From Candidatus Woesearchaeota archaeon (GTDB lineage Archaea > Nanobdellota > Nanobdellia > SCGC-AAA011-G17 > GW2011-AR18), in contig JACPCE010000003.1 in the NCBI GenBank assembly GCA_016179945.1, positions 1-62,406 of the forward strand: a stretch of DNA of 62,406 bases, read 5' to 3'. Shown here piece after piece: positions 1-9,949 of this stretch; the first letter of the stretch is position 1, and the number at the start of each line of letters is the position of its first letter. The position numbers and the translations under genes are program-made. The notes under the pieces were generated by a model. That model searched no databases, was not told the DNA's origin, and saw nothing but the letters and a program-made list of their open reading frames with translations.

Positions 1-700
1 TTGGATTATGTAATGGAATCATACCGCTTTGATATCCAATAAATTCAGCATTACATCTTTTCATCAAAGCATTAAATTCTTCAGTAGGATTTTTCTCAGA
101 AACAATCCCAATCCTTGCTGTATATTCATCTTCAGGAATCAACCAACCAAATTCTCCATATCCCAAGAAAATATCTGTAGTGTCTTTTTCATGGTACTTT
201 ATTTTTGCTCTTGCCTGCATTCCAGTAATAAATTTTCTATCATTAAATAATCCAGCAGATTTAGCAACTTGAGAATAAGGTCCGTCTGCTCCAACCAATA
301 TTTCTGTCTCTGAAAAACCATCATTAAATCTCATTTTTATCTTATTTTCTTTTCTTTCAAAACCTAGAAATTTTTTTGTTATGAATTTAACACCTTCTTC
401 AATTGCAAGAGAGGCAATATATCTGTCAAGTTTACCTCTGTCAAAAACATAATCTGGTTTTATTTTAACTTCAAAGAATTTTCCATTAGGTGAATAAAAC
501 CTAAACTTATTGATTTTATTTACTATAATTTCTTTTCTTATTTTTAATACTTGATCAAGTGCAGGAGTTATTACACCACTACACTGAATAGGATTGCCTA
601 TTATTTTATGCTCCTCATAAACTTGTACTTCATGGTTATTCTTCGCTAACAAGTAAGCTAGATGGCTTCCTGCAGGTCCCCCACCTATTATAGATATCAT
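1..700 (-). CDS. FAD-dependent geranylgeranyl reductase family protein (archaeal lipid saturase-like); 3' end lies outside the window
   Basis: Not in the ORF track because there is no stop in the window. The reverse complement from the ATG at 698-700 reads MISIIGGGPAGSHLAYLLAKNNHEVQVYEEH (GxGxxG start) and later EILVGADGPYSQVAK (GADG motif). The frame stays open to position 1. Confidence 0.75.
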   Translation of the reverse strand, partial: MISIIGGGPAGSHLAYLLAKNNHEVQVYEEHKIIGNPIQCSGVITPALDQVLKIRKEIIVNKINKFRFYSPNGKFFEVKIKPDYVFDRGKLDRYIASLAIEEGVKFITKKFLGFERKENKIKMRFNDGFSETEILVGADGPYSQVAKSAGLFNDRKFITGMQARAKIKYHEKDTTDIFLGYGEFGWLIPEDEYTARIGIVSEKNPTEEFNALMKRCNAEFIGYQSGMIPLHNP

Positions 701-751
701 AAATAAAAATCTTTTAAGAAAATTTATAAAGATATTTATTAATTATTTTGT

Positions 752-1612
752 ATGCTATTTTGGTATTTTTTAGTAATTGTTGCTTTAATTTGGATTACAT
801 TTGCAACAATTACAGATATAAAAAAAAGAGAAGTTCCAGATTGGTTGAATTATTCTCTAATAGCTATTGGTTTGGGTTCTAGATTGATTTACTCATTAAT
901 TACCGGTAAATATTCATATATTTTATATGGTTTATTGGGTGCAGCTATATTTTTCGGAATAGCAAACTTCATGTATTATACAAAACAATGGGGTGGAGGT
1001 GATGGTAAATTATTAATAGGTTTAGGAGCTATGTTTGGAAACTATGAAACCACATCATTATTTAATCCTATAATTAAATTGCCATTTCTTGCTACTTTAA
1101 TTATTAATATAATAATTGCAGGTACGGTTTATGGCCTATTATATGCAGCTTATTTAGGAAGTAAAAACAGTAAAAACTTCTTCAAAGAATTTAAAAAACA
1201 AAACTTCAAACATTTTAGAATAATTATTCCAATAATAATATTATCAATTGTAGTATTTTATTTTATTTTAGATAGAAATATTTTTATTCCTCTGTCTTTG
1301 CTTCTTCTTGTATTGGTTTCTGCTATTTTATTAATACAAATAATAAAAGTAATAGAAGATATATCACTATACAAAATGATTGATGTAAAAAAACTAGTAG
1401 AAGGAGATTGGTTGGCTTCTGATGTAATTAAAAATAATAAAATAATTTGTAAAGTAAGAAATATAGGTTTAACAAAAGAAGACATAATTGGTTTAAAGAA
1501 AAATAAAATCAACAAAGTTTTAGTAAAAGAGGGAATTCCATTTATTCCTGGATTTTTATTTGGATTTATAATAAGTATTGTATTTGGAGATTTATTATTT
1601 TTGTTTTTCTAA
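752..1612 (+). CDS. A24-family aspartic prepilin/preflagellin peptidase (PibD/FlaK-like) with a C-terminal extension
   Basis: Polytopic membrane protein with the two A24 motifs: TDIKKREVPD and GGGDGKLL. Confidence 0.75.
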   Translation: MLFWYFLVIVALIWITFATITDIKKREVPDWLNYSLIAIGLGSRLIYSLITGKYSYILYGLLGAAIFFGIANFMYYTKQWGGGDGKLLIGLGAMFGNYETTSLFNPIIKLPFLATLIINIIIAGTVYGLLYAAYLGSKNSKNFFKEFKKQNFKHFRIIIPIIILSIVVFYFILDRNIFIPLSLLLLVLVSAILLIQIIKVIEDISLYKMIDVKKLVEGDWLASDVIKNNKIICKVRNIGLTKEDIIGLKKNKINKVLVKEGIPFIPGFLFGFIISIVFGDLLFLFF

Positions 1613-2197
1613 ATTGAATGAAAAAATTATTTTGCTGCATGTACAGTTCAGCCCAAGCTGACAAAGAGCTACTTTTTCCGCTTTAAATTTAATCCTTTTA
1701 ATTGTTATAATATTTCCAGTTGTTGCAATAGTAATATGGGGTGTAAATTTTTCATAGCTTGCTTTTTTTACATAATTCTTCACAGTATCTATAGTGTGAT
1801 GATCTACTTTTTCTGATTTATAAAAAACATTTCTGCTCGGAGTAAGCGAAAAATAAGGCCTTAAACCATCAATTATACTTTCATGAAATTCCTGCAATTT
1901 CTTACTTTTATTTATTTTAAGAGCAAGAGAACCAGTTAAGGCTGTTTTATACATGTTTTCAATTTCAACATCAATATTTGAGAATTTAGCTACAATTTTT
2001 CTCGTAATATCTTTAACAACATTTAAATATTTTGTGTCTATATAACCAATAGCTAATGAAATATGGGGTATTGAGTTTCTATTATTAAGAATCAAAATTT
2101 TCTCTCCCAATTTAATCTGTTTTCTATTCATAGAAATAATCTTTTTTGATATTTCCTTTGGCAAAAGAATTACAACATCTAATGCTAAATATTTCAT
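1595..2197 (-). CDS. 2H phosphoesterase superfamily protein (LigT / 2'-5' RNA ligase-like)
   Basis: Two HxS/Tx motifs with typical spacing: PHISLAIG and PHITIATT. Confidence 0.6.
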   Translation of the reverse strand: MKYLALDVVILLPKEISKKIISMNRKQIKLGEKILILNNRNSIPHISLAIGYIDTKYLNVVKDITRKIVAKFSNIDVEIENMYKTALTGSLALKINKSKKLQEFHESIIDGLRPYFSLTPSRNVFYKSEKVDHHTIDTVKNYVKKASYEKFTPHITIATTGNIITIKRIKFKAEKVALCQLGLNCTCSKIIFSFNLEKQK

Positions 2198-2231
2198 ATG
2201 TATAAAGAATATTTGCTTATTATAAATTTTC

Positions 2232-2831
2232 CTAAGGATGTCTCCTCTTTAACTTGTAAAATTCTTTTTTTAATCTGTCTTCATCTACAGGTTCTGCTTT
2301 AGGTTTTTCTGTAGGCATGCTTTCAATTAAAATGTCTTTAACTTTCTTTAAATGTTCTTCATTATCTTGCTTTCCGCTCCAAGAAATTTTCATAGCATCA
2401 TCTTTACTCCTAGGTATTATATTTATAACAAAATGATCAAACTTTTGCCCGGCTAATTTTCCCTCAGAATCTAGAATATTTAATCCTTCTGAAATTGTAG
2501 ACAATGCAAAAGCTAATTTTTTAATTATTTTTCCTATTGTTTCTGTTTCTTCATCATTAAGTTCTGCAAATAATCTAATATGTCTTTTAGTAAACAACAG
2601 CATATGTCCATTGTTTACAGGATTTATCTCCAAAACACATAAAAAATTTTGATCTTCATAGATTTTGGTTGTTGGAATTTTACTTTCATTCATTAAGCAA
2701 AAAGGGCATTGAGGTGCTTCCTGTTCAAACTGAGCCATTACTTCTTTTAATTTTTCTTCTCTTTCTTCTTCAGGCAGTGACTGAATATATTCCTGTATTT
2801 GTTCCAGTTGTTCCTTTGTTAATTTTGGCAT
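2232..2831 (-). CDS. HIT-family-like protein with a degenerate histidine triad
   Basis: CPFC...NPVNNGHMLLFTKRH...AGQKFDHFVINIIPR matches the HIT fold layout. The HxHxHxx triad reads DHFVINII, so only one His is retained. Confidence 0.55.
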   Translation of the reverse strand: MPKLTKEQLEQIQEYIQSLPEEEREEKLKEVMAQFEQEAPQCPFCLMNESKIPTTKIYEDQNFLCVLEINPVNNGHMLLFTKRHIRLFAELNDEETETIGKIIKKLAFALSTISEGLNILDSEGKLAGQKFDHFVINIIPRSKDDAMKISWSGKQDNEEHLKKVKDILIESMPTEKPKAEPVDEDRLKKEFYKLKRRHP

Positions 2832-2877
2832 AGAATTTAGTATTTTATTTAATTAATAAAACTTTAGATTTAATAGA

Positions 2878-3321
2878 TTAAACAACAAGCCAAAACCAGA
2901 AAACTATAGCAAGAATAATTCCAATTACATAAAGCAAAGGTATTCTAAATTTTCCAATAACAATCCAAGGATAATAATTAGCAAATTTTGGATTCCATGC
3001 CTCTTTAAATTTGATTTCAGTGTTTACAACAAACCAGAAGAAATCCTCAATTACCATTCCAGAAAAATAAGCAGACAATAAAATGCCTAACAATTTTAAG
3101 CTAAATCCTGCAATTGCCAAGGGCAAAATAATTATAATTAATGGCAAGTAAATAAAAAACAGCCAAAAATGATATCTAGTTAAAGACAAATTCTTAGCAA
3201 ATCTTATTTTCCATCCATATTTGTTCTTATCCCATGCATTTCTTCCCTCAACAGAAGCTTCCCAAAAAGAATGAGCTATCATTGCAGCCCAAATAATAGA
3301 AAAAATTAACATTGTTTGCAT
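2878..3321 (-). CDS. Integral membrane protein, unknown function
   Basis: 147-aa ORF with about four hydrophobic helices. No motif recognised. Confidence 0.45.
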   Translation of the reverse strand: MQTMLIFSIIWAAMIAHSFWEASVEGRNAWDKNKYGWKIRFAKNLSLTRYHFWLFFIYLPLIIIILPLAIAGFSLKLLGILLSAYFSGMVIEDFFWFVVNTEIKFKEAWNPKFANYYPWIVIGKFRIPLLYVIGIILAIVFWFWLVV

Positions 3322-3357
3322 ATTATCGCTAGAAATTTTAAATTAATAAATCTTTGC

Positions 3358-3651
3358 TTATCCAACAGCCCTTCTCATATCTACAACTTCAGCAGAACTT
3401 ACATTTTCTATAGAAGATATTTCATTGCTTAAATCCTCAGAGCCTTTTGATTCATCAAGTAAAAACATTAATTTTAAGGCTTTTAAACCAAAAGCTACAG
3501 GTTCTATTATATCCTTATCTAGCAATTCTGCACCAAAATTATCTGCAGTTTCTTTAGCTTTCTTTCTTATTTCATTTAAGTCTACTTCAGGATATTCAGG
3601 CATTATTTTTATAGTTATAAACATTTTTGCCATTCTAAAAATTTCCCCCAT
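3358..3651 (-). CDS. Translation elongation factor aEF-1 beta
   Basis: IKIMPEYPEVDLNEI...EPVAFGLKALKLMFLLDESKG...VSSAEVVDMRR is the typical aEF-1beta layout. The likelier start is the ATG at 3633 (MAKMFITIK), which is preceded by GGGGGA. Confidence 0.85.
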   Translation of the reverse strand: MGEIFRMAKMFITIKIMPEYPEVDLNEIRKKAKETADNFGAELLDKDIIEPVAFGLKALKLMFLLDESKGSEDLSNEISSIENVSSAEVVDMRRAVG

Positions 3652-3682
3652 ATTATTTGAAATGCAAAATTTATTCCCATTG

Positions 3683-3856
3683 TTAGTTTGGCCCGCTGAA
3701 AGAACAATTAGGACAGATATATTTAGCTACAATCTTTCTACAATGAGCACACCTTACAATTTCACTCTCGCCACATTTAGGACACTTAAAATTTACAGAA
3801 CCGACTAAATTAGTTATTCTAACATTACAAGAAGTACATGTTAATTCCGTTGCCAT
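3683..3856 (-). CDS. Small double zinc-ribbon protein of the kind usually found upstream of aEF-1beta in archaea
   Basis: 57-aa ORF below the track cutoff: MATELTCTSCNVRITNLVGSVNFKCPKCGESEIVRCAHCRKIVAKYICPNCSFSGPN. It has four CxxC pairs and sits immediately upstream of aEF-1beta on the same strand. Confidence 0.6.
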   Translation of the reverse strand: MATELTCTSCNVRITNLVGSVNFKCPKCGESEIVRCAHCRKIVAKYICPNCSFSGPN

Positions 3857-3931
3857 TAGCTGAGCACATTTACAAATCTTTATAAAGTTAACGATACAGA
3901 ACTAATATGAAGGGGTAATATTATTTAAAGC

Positions 3932-4981
3932 ATGGCTAGAATATTATACGGTGTCGTAAGTATTGGTCTCGGGCATGCTATGAGGAGCAAAGTAATTCTA
4001 GATCATCTGAAAAAACAAGGTCATAAAATTTTTATAGTTACAAGTCACAAAGTTTATGATTACTACAAAAATTATTATGATAATGTGTATAATATAGAAG
4101 GCTTAGAAATAGTGTTTAGAAAAAATGCAATACTAAATTTAAGAACATTAATAAAAAACCTACAAAAAGCATCAAAAAAAACATATTACAAATTAGTTAA
4201 GGTAAAAGAAGCTATTGATAAATTCAATCCAGAAATTGTTATTTCTGATATGGAAACATTTAGTACTTATATAGCCAATGAAAAAAATACTCCATCAATA
4301 ACTATAGATAATCAGCATTATTTAATATATGGTAAGTTTAAAGTTCCAGAAAAATATAAATTAAGTTATTTGAAAGCATTAATGATAGTAAAGGGTATAG
4401 TATTCAAAACCAAATATTATTTAATAATGACTCTGCCTGGAAGTGTAATAGAAAATAAGCCAAATATTTTTCAGATTAAGCCAGTCATTAGGGAAGAAAT
4501 ATTAAAATCAAAATCAAAATCTATGGATTATGTGTTTGTTTACCAGTCAACAAAAAGCTATGACAAGCTTATTGAAATACTTAAGAGAATAAATTATAAA
4601 TTTATTATATACGGGTTTGATAAAAACCAAGTTGTAGGAAATTTAATATTTAAAAAATTTGATGACAGAAAACAATTTATCAATGATTTGGCAAATTGCA
4701 AAGCAGTAATAACAAACGGAGGTTTTACATTAATTAGTGAGGCATTGTATTTGAGTAAACCAATGCTGGTAGTTCCAATAAAAAAGCATTTTGAGCAAGT
4801 ATCTAATGCCTTGTATATACAATATAATAATTTTGGTGTATTCTATGATGATTTGGATGAAACACACGTAGTTGAATTTATAATGAACCTAAAGAAATAT
4901 AAATTTGACAAAGTGGAAAAATGGAATAACGAACAGACATTTGGATTGCTTGACATGTTAATACGCAAAGAAACAAAATGA
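3932..4981 (+). CDS. Glycosyltransferase (MurG/GT28-like, MJ1255-type)
   Basis: N-terminal ILYGVVSIGLGHAMRS glycine loop and C-terminal ITNGGFTLISEAL motif. Its stop overlaps the next start (ATGA). Confidence 0.65.
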   Translation: MARILYGVVSIGLGHAMRSKVILDHLKKQGHKIFIVTSHKVYDYYKNYYDNVYNIEGLEIVFRKNAILNLRTLIKNLQKASKKTYYKLVKVKEAIDKFNPEIVISDMETFSTYIANEKNTPSITIDNQHYLIYGKFKVPEKYKLSYLKALMIVKGIVFKTKYYLIMTLPGSVIENKPNIFQIKPVIREEILKSKSKSMDYVFVYQSTKSYDKLIEILKRINYKFIIYGFDKNQVVGNLIFKKFDDRKQFINDLANCKAVITNGGFTLISEALYLSKPMLVVPIKKHFEQVSNALYIQYNNFGVFYDDLDETHVVEFIMNLKKYKFDKVEKWNNEQTFGLLDMLIRKETK

Positions 4982-5523
4982 GCTTTTTTATATTAAGCAT
5001 TATTTATTTTCTTTTTCCAGCTGCATTTGCAAATATGTTACCTGTATTTGTTAAAAATAATTTTAAATATTTAGATTATCCAGTTGATTTTTATTTTAAA
5101 ATTGGTAAAAATAGGTTATTTGGAAATAATAAAACATTTAGGGGTTTTATTTTTGGTATAATTGCAAGCATAATTGTAGTTTTTTTTCAGAATTTGTTGT
5201 ATAATTATAAATTTTTCCAAAGCTTAAGTCTCATAGATTACAGCAGAAGTAATTTTTTAATATTGGGTTTTCTTATTGGTTTTGGCACTTTATTCGGCGA
5301 TCTAATTGGTAGTTTTATAAAAAGAAGATTAAATTATAAGCCTGGAGAAAAATTTTATGTTTTGGATCAAATCAATAGTGCAATTGGCATCTTGATTTTT
5401 GTGCTTCCATTTTATTTTAATTCCTGGAGTGTTGCTTTGTGGATAATTATTGTATGGTTTATTGGACATTTAATAACAAAATATTTAGGATATTTATTAA
5501 AAATAGATAAAGAAAAAATATAA
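4978..5523 (+). CDS. carS: CDP-archaeol synthase (CarS, DUF46 family)
   Basis: Membrane protein with FPAAFANMLPVF, NKTFRGFIFG and GDLIGSFIKRRL...PGEKFYVLDQ, matching the CarS signature regions. Confidence 0.7.
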   Translation: MSFFILSIIYFLFPAAFANMLPVFVKNNFKYLDYPVDFYFKIGKNRLFGNNKTFRGFIFGIIASIIVVFFQNLLYNYKFFQSLSLIDYSRSNFLILGFLIGFGTLFGDLIGSFIKRRLNYKPGEKFYVLDQINSAIGILIFVLPFYFNSWSVALWIIIVWFIGHLITKYLGYLLKIDKEKI

Positions 5524-5532
5524 AAAAAGGAC

Positions 5533-6576
5533 TTATACGTCCTTAACACCTGTTTCTTCAATGTTGAATATAGCCTCTCCGTCAGGTAAATGCGGAGAAT
5601 CTATCAGCTTAGCTACCCTTGTTCCTTTCTTTCCTTTTCTAAGATAAATTCTTGTCTGAGAATTATGTCCAACTATATGCCCGCCTATTGCGGCAGTTGG
5701 ATCACCAAAGAAAGTATCAGGTTTAGCCATAACTTGGTTAGTTACATAAACAACCAAATTATACGCAGTTGCTAATTTTTGTAGTGTATGCATATGCTTA
5801 TTCAACTTTTGTTGCCTATCTGCTAACTGGCCACGACCAGAAAAATCTGCTCTAAAGTGAGACATCAATGAATCAACAACAACTAATTTAACATTCAACC
5901 CTTCATTTTTAATTAGATCCTCAACTTTTTCAACAAGAAGCATCTGATGGTCGCTGTTAAATGCTCTAGCAACCTTTATATTTTTTAAAGTTTGTATTGG
6001 ATCTAGTCCTTGGTGTTCTGACATTTGCTTTATTCTTTCAGGTCTAAATGCTCCTTCAGTATCAATATAAATACAAACTCCTTCAGCACCGCCTCTTTCT
6101 TTTGGTAGCTGCGTATTTACTGCTAGCTGGTGTGCTATTTGTGTTTTTGAACTTCCAAATTCACCAAAGCACTCAGTTATTCCTCCAGCTTCAAAACCTC
6201 CACCTAACAAAGCATCAAACGATTTAGAGCCTGTACTTATTTTTAGAATGTTTTTCCTTCTTTCTAATAATTCGTCACCAGACTCAAATCCCATGTTCAT
6301 AGTATCTCTTGCAGCCTTGATTACTTTTCTAGCAGTTGCTTCAGTTATTCCTCCAGCTTCTACTAGTTCTCCAGGAGAAGCTACTGCTAAAGACAGTAAA
6401 CTATCAAAACCAGATTCTTTTAATTTTTCAGCTGTAGCAGGACCAACACCTGGTAAATCCTCAACACTATCAATCTTAACCTTCTTAACGCTTTTTTCTT
6501 CAGGCATAACCTCTTGTACTTGTTCTAATATTTCAATTTTTCTACTCATCTTCCTCATCCTCCTCTTTTTCTTCAT
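5533..6576 (-). CDS. radA: DNA repair and recombination protein RadA
   Basis: HhH region [17 protein letters not shown], Walker [10 protein letters not shown], and the VVVDSL and YVTNQV motifs. The true start may be an internal Met, because the ORF start overlaps the upstream gene. Confidence 0.92.
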   Translation of the reverse strand: MKKKRRMRKMSRKIEILEQVQEVMPEEKSVKKVKIDSVEDLPGVGPATAEKLKESGFDSLLSLAVASPGELVEAGGITEATARKVIKAARDTMNMGFESGDELLERRKNILKISTGSKSFDALLGGGFEAGGITECFGEFGSSKTQIAHQLAVNTQLPKERGGAEGVCIYIDTEGAFRPERIKQMSEHQGLDPIQTLKNIKVARAFNSDHQMLLVEKVEDLIKNEGLNVKLVVVDSLMSHFRADFSGRGQLADRQQKLNKHMHTLQKLATAYNLVVYVTNQVMAKPDTFFGDPTAAIGGHIVGHNSQTRIYLRKGKKGTRVAKLIDSPHLPDGEAIFNIEETGVKDV

Positions 6577-6814
6577 GTGCTAAAAGTAAATCTTCCATAA
6601 CTTTTTGCATTAAAACTAAAACTTTAGGTATGTCATGCTTCCTTAATTGTATTATAGCATCACGCCATGTACCATCTTCATCCTTCCAGCTTTTTCTCAG
6701 GCTTACAGTTTTAAAACCAACAATACTGTCGTCCTTTAATTTCCTTTCATTAAACCATATCGCAGCCTCTAATTGACCTGCTCTAAATTTTTTTAATGGT
6801 GGTTTGTTTGTCAT
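6542..6814 (-). CDS. Small protein with an acidic C-terminal tail; possible PC4/YdbC-like ssDNA-binding protein
   Basis: 90 aa ending [10 protein letters not shown]. The core [33 protein letters not shown] loosely resembles the PC4-like fold. It overlaps the radA start, implying co-transcription. Confidence 0.45.
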   Translation of the reverse strand: MTNKPPLKKFRAGQLEAAIWFNERKLKDDSIVGFKTVSLRKSWKDEDGTWRDAIIQLRKHDIPKVLVLMQKVMEDLLLAHEEKEEDEEDE

Positions 6815-6964
6815 TTTTATCTCTCCTTGCTTCTCGCATTTTTTTCAGTTTAACCATAAGAAATAGAACTATCTAGAAACGAATATTTTTCAACCCCGCT
6901 TCCTTCATAGGTTCTTATTTCAATGAGGTCTAGTAATATAATATTATAAATAGTATTTAAAGGC

Positions 6965-6974
6965 TGTGCGCACA
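6965..6974. promoter_or_regulatory. Perfect 10-bp GC-rich palindrome TGTGCGCACA in a divergent intergenic region
   Basis: It lies within a GC-rich island (about 6961-7000) in the otherwise AT-rich 285-nt spacer between the radA operon and the HAD hydrolase gene. Confidence 0.25.
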
Positions 6975-7099
6975 AACCCTGTCGTGCCGTCCACACCCCA
7001 AGAGAAAAATATATTTTACAGGATATAAACAATCAATTTTATACAATCATAATAATTCAAAAAGGCGCATTTAAATATTAAAAGTAATGGAAAAAAATT

Positions 7100-7735
7100 A
7101 TGATAAAATACATATCTTTTGACTTGGATGGAACACTAGCAGATGAAACTTTTGATAGTTTAATATGGAATGAGGAAATACCTAAATTATTTGCTAAGAA
7201 AAATAAAGTAAGTTTAGAAGAAGCAAAAACAAGAGTTTATGCAGAATATTATAAAGCATTATACATAGAGAAAATAAGAAATTGGACAGATATATATTAT
7301 TGGTTTAAAAGATTTAATTTTAAAGATTGGAAAGTTCTTCTCCAAGATATGAAAAAGCATGTTTTTCTTTATTCAGATACAATAGAATCTCTTCAATATT
7401 TATCTAAAAAATATAGATTGATTATAATATCAAATTCAGAAGAAAAATTTCTGAATATTAAACTTGAAGCTGAAGGGTTAAAAAAATATTTTGATAAAAT
7501 TTATTCAGCACCAACTAATTTTAACATTTCAAAGAAAAATGCTGGTTTGTTTCTTGAGGTTTTAAAAAAATTAAAAATTAATAAAGAAGAAGTAATACAT
7601 ATTGGTGATGATCATTATTTAGATTATGAAGTACCATCAAGTGTTGGAATAAAATCATTCCACTTAGTTCGTTCAAAAAATTTAAAACAAAAACATACAA
7701 TACATTCACTATTGGAATTAAAGAACAAGCTTTAA
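7100..7735 (+). CDS. HAD-superfamily hydrolase
   Basis: Motif I FDLDGTL, motif II IISNS, and motif IV GDDHYLDY. Confidence 0.75.
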   Translation: MIKYISFDLDGTLADETFDSLIWNEEIPKLFAKKNKVSLEEAKTRVYAEYYKALYIEKIRNWTDIYYWFKRFNFKDWKVLLQDMKKHVFLYSDTIESLQYLSKKYRLIIISNSEEKFLNIKLEAEGLKKYFDKIYSAPTNFNISKKNAGLFLEVLKKLKINKEEVIHIGDDHYLDYEVPSSVGIKSFHLVRSKNLKQKHTIHSLLELKNKL

Positions 7736-7756
7736 ATAAATATAAAACATAATTAA

Positions 7757-8299
7757 TTGATGAACAAATGGCTCTACTCATCAGCTATTTTTGGTATATT
7801 TAGTTTAATGCTAGCAGTTCCAATAGGTATTATAGACACGTTAAAAGCATTTGATATAATAGAACTCGGCAACTCTCAAATTTATTTATCCATTTATATT
7901 TTATCCATTTTATTCTACATTATTTTTGTTTTTGGATTTATATTAATAGGAAGAAAATTAAATAATAAAAGATTAATATATAGTGCTTACTTATTGATAT
8001 TAGGTTCTATAATATTAAATTTAATTCAAATAACGTCTCCATTTTTTCCTAAATTAATGGGATTTGCATATCAAGCAGCAACATTTTTAGTTCTTGGAAT
8101 GATAAGTGTGTTCTTTGGTTCTGTATTAATGAAACTAAATATAGAACTGGGAAATATATCAAAAACTGCAGGAATTTTAAATATAATTGGTGGAATTTCT
8201 ATGATGACAATTATATTCTCTTTCATAGGAACAATATTATTAATACCAATTTATATTCTAGAAATAGTTTTGTTATTTAGGGTGTCTAAAAAGTTTTAA
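7757..8299 (+). CDS. Integral membrane protein, unknown function
   Basis: About five hydrophobic helices. The ATG is at 7760. Confidence 0.45.
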   Translation: MMNKWLYSSAIFGIFSLMLAVPIGIIDTLKAFDIIELGNSQIYLSIYILSILFYIIFVFGFILIGRKLNNKRLIYSAYLLILGSIILNLIQITSPFFPKLMGFAYQAATFLVLGMISVFFGSVLMKLNIELGNISKTAGILNIIGGISMMTIIFSFIGTILLIPIYILEIVLLFRVSKKF

Positions 8300-8378
8300 A
8301 GGTGTTTTGAAAAGAAAAGCTTAATAATTTTACTAAATTTCTATTAAAATACCAAATTTTAAATATTTTAACGATAGG

Positions 8379-8603
8379 TTGGAAGGAGATCCAATAATAA
8401 GACCAGTAAAAGGTTATTCTACAAAAATTGATCATATATTAATTTATCAAAGAGGTGATGCCATATTTTATTTATCCAGAACAGGAGAGTCAAGAAGATT
8501 TGATATAACATCAATTGATAATAATCCTGTAAGCGAAAGTGCAAGGCATGGTCTTCCCTGTGATAGGTTAATTTCTTTAGCTATGATGACATTACTAAGT
8601 TAA
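8379..8603 (+). CDS. Hypothetical protein, doubtful or possibly frameshifted
   Basis: The ORF has only a TTG start. An adjoining frame (8567-8677) continues with ...SITSIRLEDLLEVRKIEKEILRF, suggesting a disrupted gene. Confidence 0.2.
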   Translation: MEGDPIIRPVKGYSTKIDHILIYQRGDAIFYLSRTGESRRFDITSIDNNPVSESARHGLPCDRLISLAMMTLLS

Positions 8604-8677
8604 GTTCAATTACAAGTATTCGATTGGAAGATTTATTAGAAGTAAGAAAAATTGAGAAAGAGATTTTAAGATTTTAA

Positions 8678-9559
8678 TTACATATTTTCTAATCTTTTAA
8701 TTCTTTCATTCATATCGGGGTGTGTAGAAAATAAATTTGTATTTTTAAAAGGATTACTAAAGTACAAATGAGCAACAGCCTTATTAGCAGTAGAAGTTGG
8801 CTTTGCACTATCTTCTTTTATTTTTTTTAAAGCACTAGCCAATCCAGGTGGATGTCTTGTTAACAAAGCTCCATTTGCATCAGCTAAAAATTCTCTCTTT
8901 CTAGAAACTGCTAGTTTTATCATATAACCTGCAATTGGAGCAAGAATTGCTAATACCAAAGCAAAAACAAGAAAAACAGGATGTATTCCCTTCCTTTCTC
9001 CATTTCCACCTGAAAAAAAGAAAGACCTTATAAAAAAATCACTTAATAAAACAACAATTCCAACCAAAACAGCAGTCAACATCATAAATCTTACATCATA
9101 ATTTTTTATATGACTCATCTCATGTCCAATTACACCTTCCAATTCAGCCCTATTTAGTTTCTCTAAAGCTCCAGTAGTAACTGCAACAGATGCTTTCTTT
9201 GGATTTCTTCCCATTGCCATTGCATTTATTGTGTTATCATTTATAACAAAGACCTTAGGCATAGGAATTCCTGCAGCAATACTTAATCCTTCTACTGTAT
9301 TAATTAAATAAGCATGTTTTTTATTATCTGCTGGTTGTGCATTACTAGCACTCAATATAACACTATCTCCGCTAAACACACTTATCAAAGTTAAAAATAT
9401 AGCAATGCTTACAGCAATCATGACACCAGCTACAACACTTCCTAAAATTAAACCTATTAAATAACCAAAGAAAATCATAATAATTATTACAATTAACACT
9501 AAAAAAACAGAATTTCTTTTATTAGCAGCTATATGATCATAAAAACTAACTTTTTTCAT
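8678..9559 (-). CDS. htpX: Zinc metalloprotease HtpX (M48 family)
   Basis: HEMSHIKNYD (HExxH), N-terminal TM helices and REFLADANGALLT. The start is taken at MKKVSFYDHIAANKRN. Confidence 0.88.
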   Translation of the reverse strand: MKKVSFYDHIAANKRNSVFLVLIVIIIMIFFGYLIGLILGSVVAGVMIAVSIAIFLTLISVFSGDSVILSASNAQPADNKKHAYLINTVEGLSIAAGIPMPKVFVINDNTINAMAMGRNPKKASVAVTTGALEKLNRAELEGVIGHEMSHIKNYDVRFMMLTAVLVGIVVLLSDFFIRSFFFSGGNGERKGIHPVFLVFALVLAILAPIAGYMIKLAVSRKREFLADANGALLTRHPPGLASALKKIKEDSAKPTSTANKAVAHLYFSNPFKNTNLFSTHPDMNERIKRLENM

Positions 9560-9742
9560 AATATTAATAATATAATATTGTTTAAATAATTTATGTATAT
9601 TTATTTTATTTCTTCCTAAAGATTTCAAATGATTTTTTATCAGGCACTTGTTTTTGTGGTATTTTCATAAAGCCTGGAAATTTTTCAGAATTTCTTAATA
9701 AAGATTAATGAATATTATTCATGCGTATTAGATTGATGTAGT

Positions 9743-9949
9743 TTGTTTCAAATAAAATTCACAATGCATGCAAAAGAAAAGATGATTGGCTTTGGAATAG
9801 AAGTAGGGGATGTTAGGAAGGCAATTTTATATGGATCTAAAAGTAAACAAACAGATGGATTTTTATCATGTTATAAGTATTATTGTGTGGCTTATAAAAT
9901 GTTGAATAAAAAAGTTTATAAGATTAAAACTGTTTATATAAGAACATGA
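9743..9949 (+). CDS. DUF4258-like small toxin candidate
   Basis: 68 aa. FTMHAKEKMIGFGIEVGDVRKAIL resembles the DUF4258 N-terminal HA..RM...I motif. It has a TTG start, and its stop overlaps the next start (ATGA). Confidence 0.45.
   Translation: MFQIKFTMHAKEKMIGFGIEVGDVRKAILYGSKSKQTDGFLSCYKYYCVAYKMLNKKVYKIKTVYIRT

Noticed and set aside
8379-8677. Possible frameshifted gene (ORF 8379-8603 plus frame-2 segment 8567-8677 ending LEDLLEVRKIEKEILRF), or another mini-intron
   Set aside because: There is no recognisable family against which to check the junction. Only a TTG start is available, and I could not draw a BHB-like fold at the frame change. Left as a low-confidence feature.
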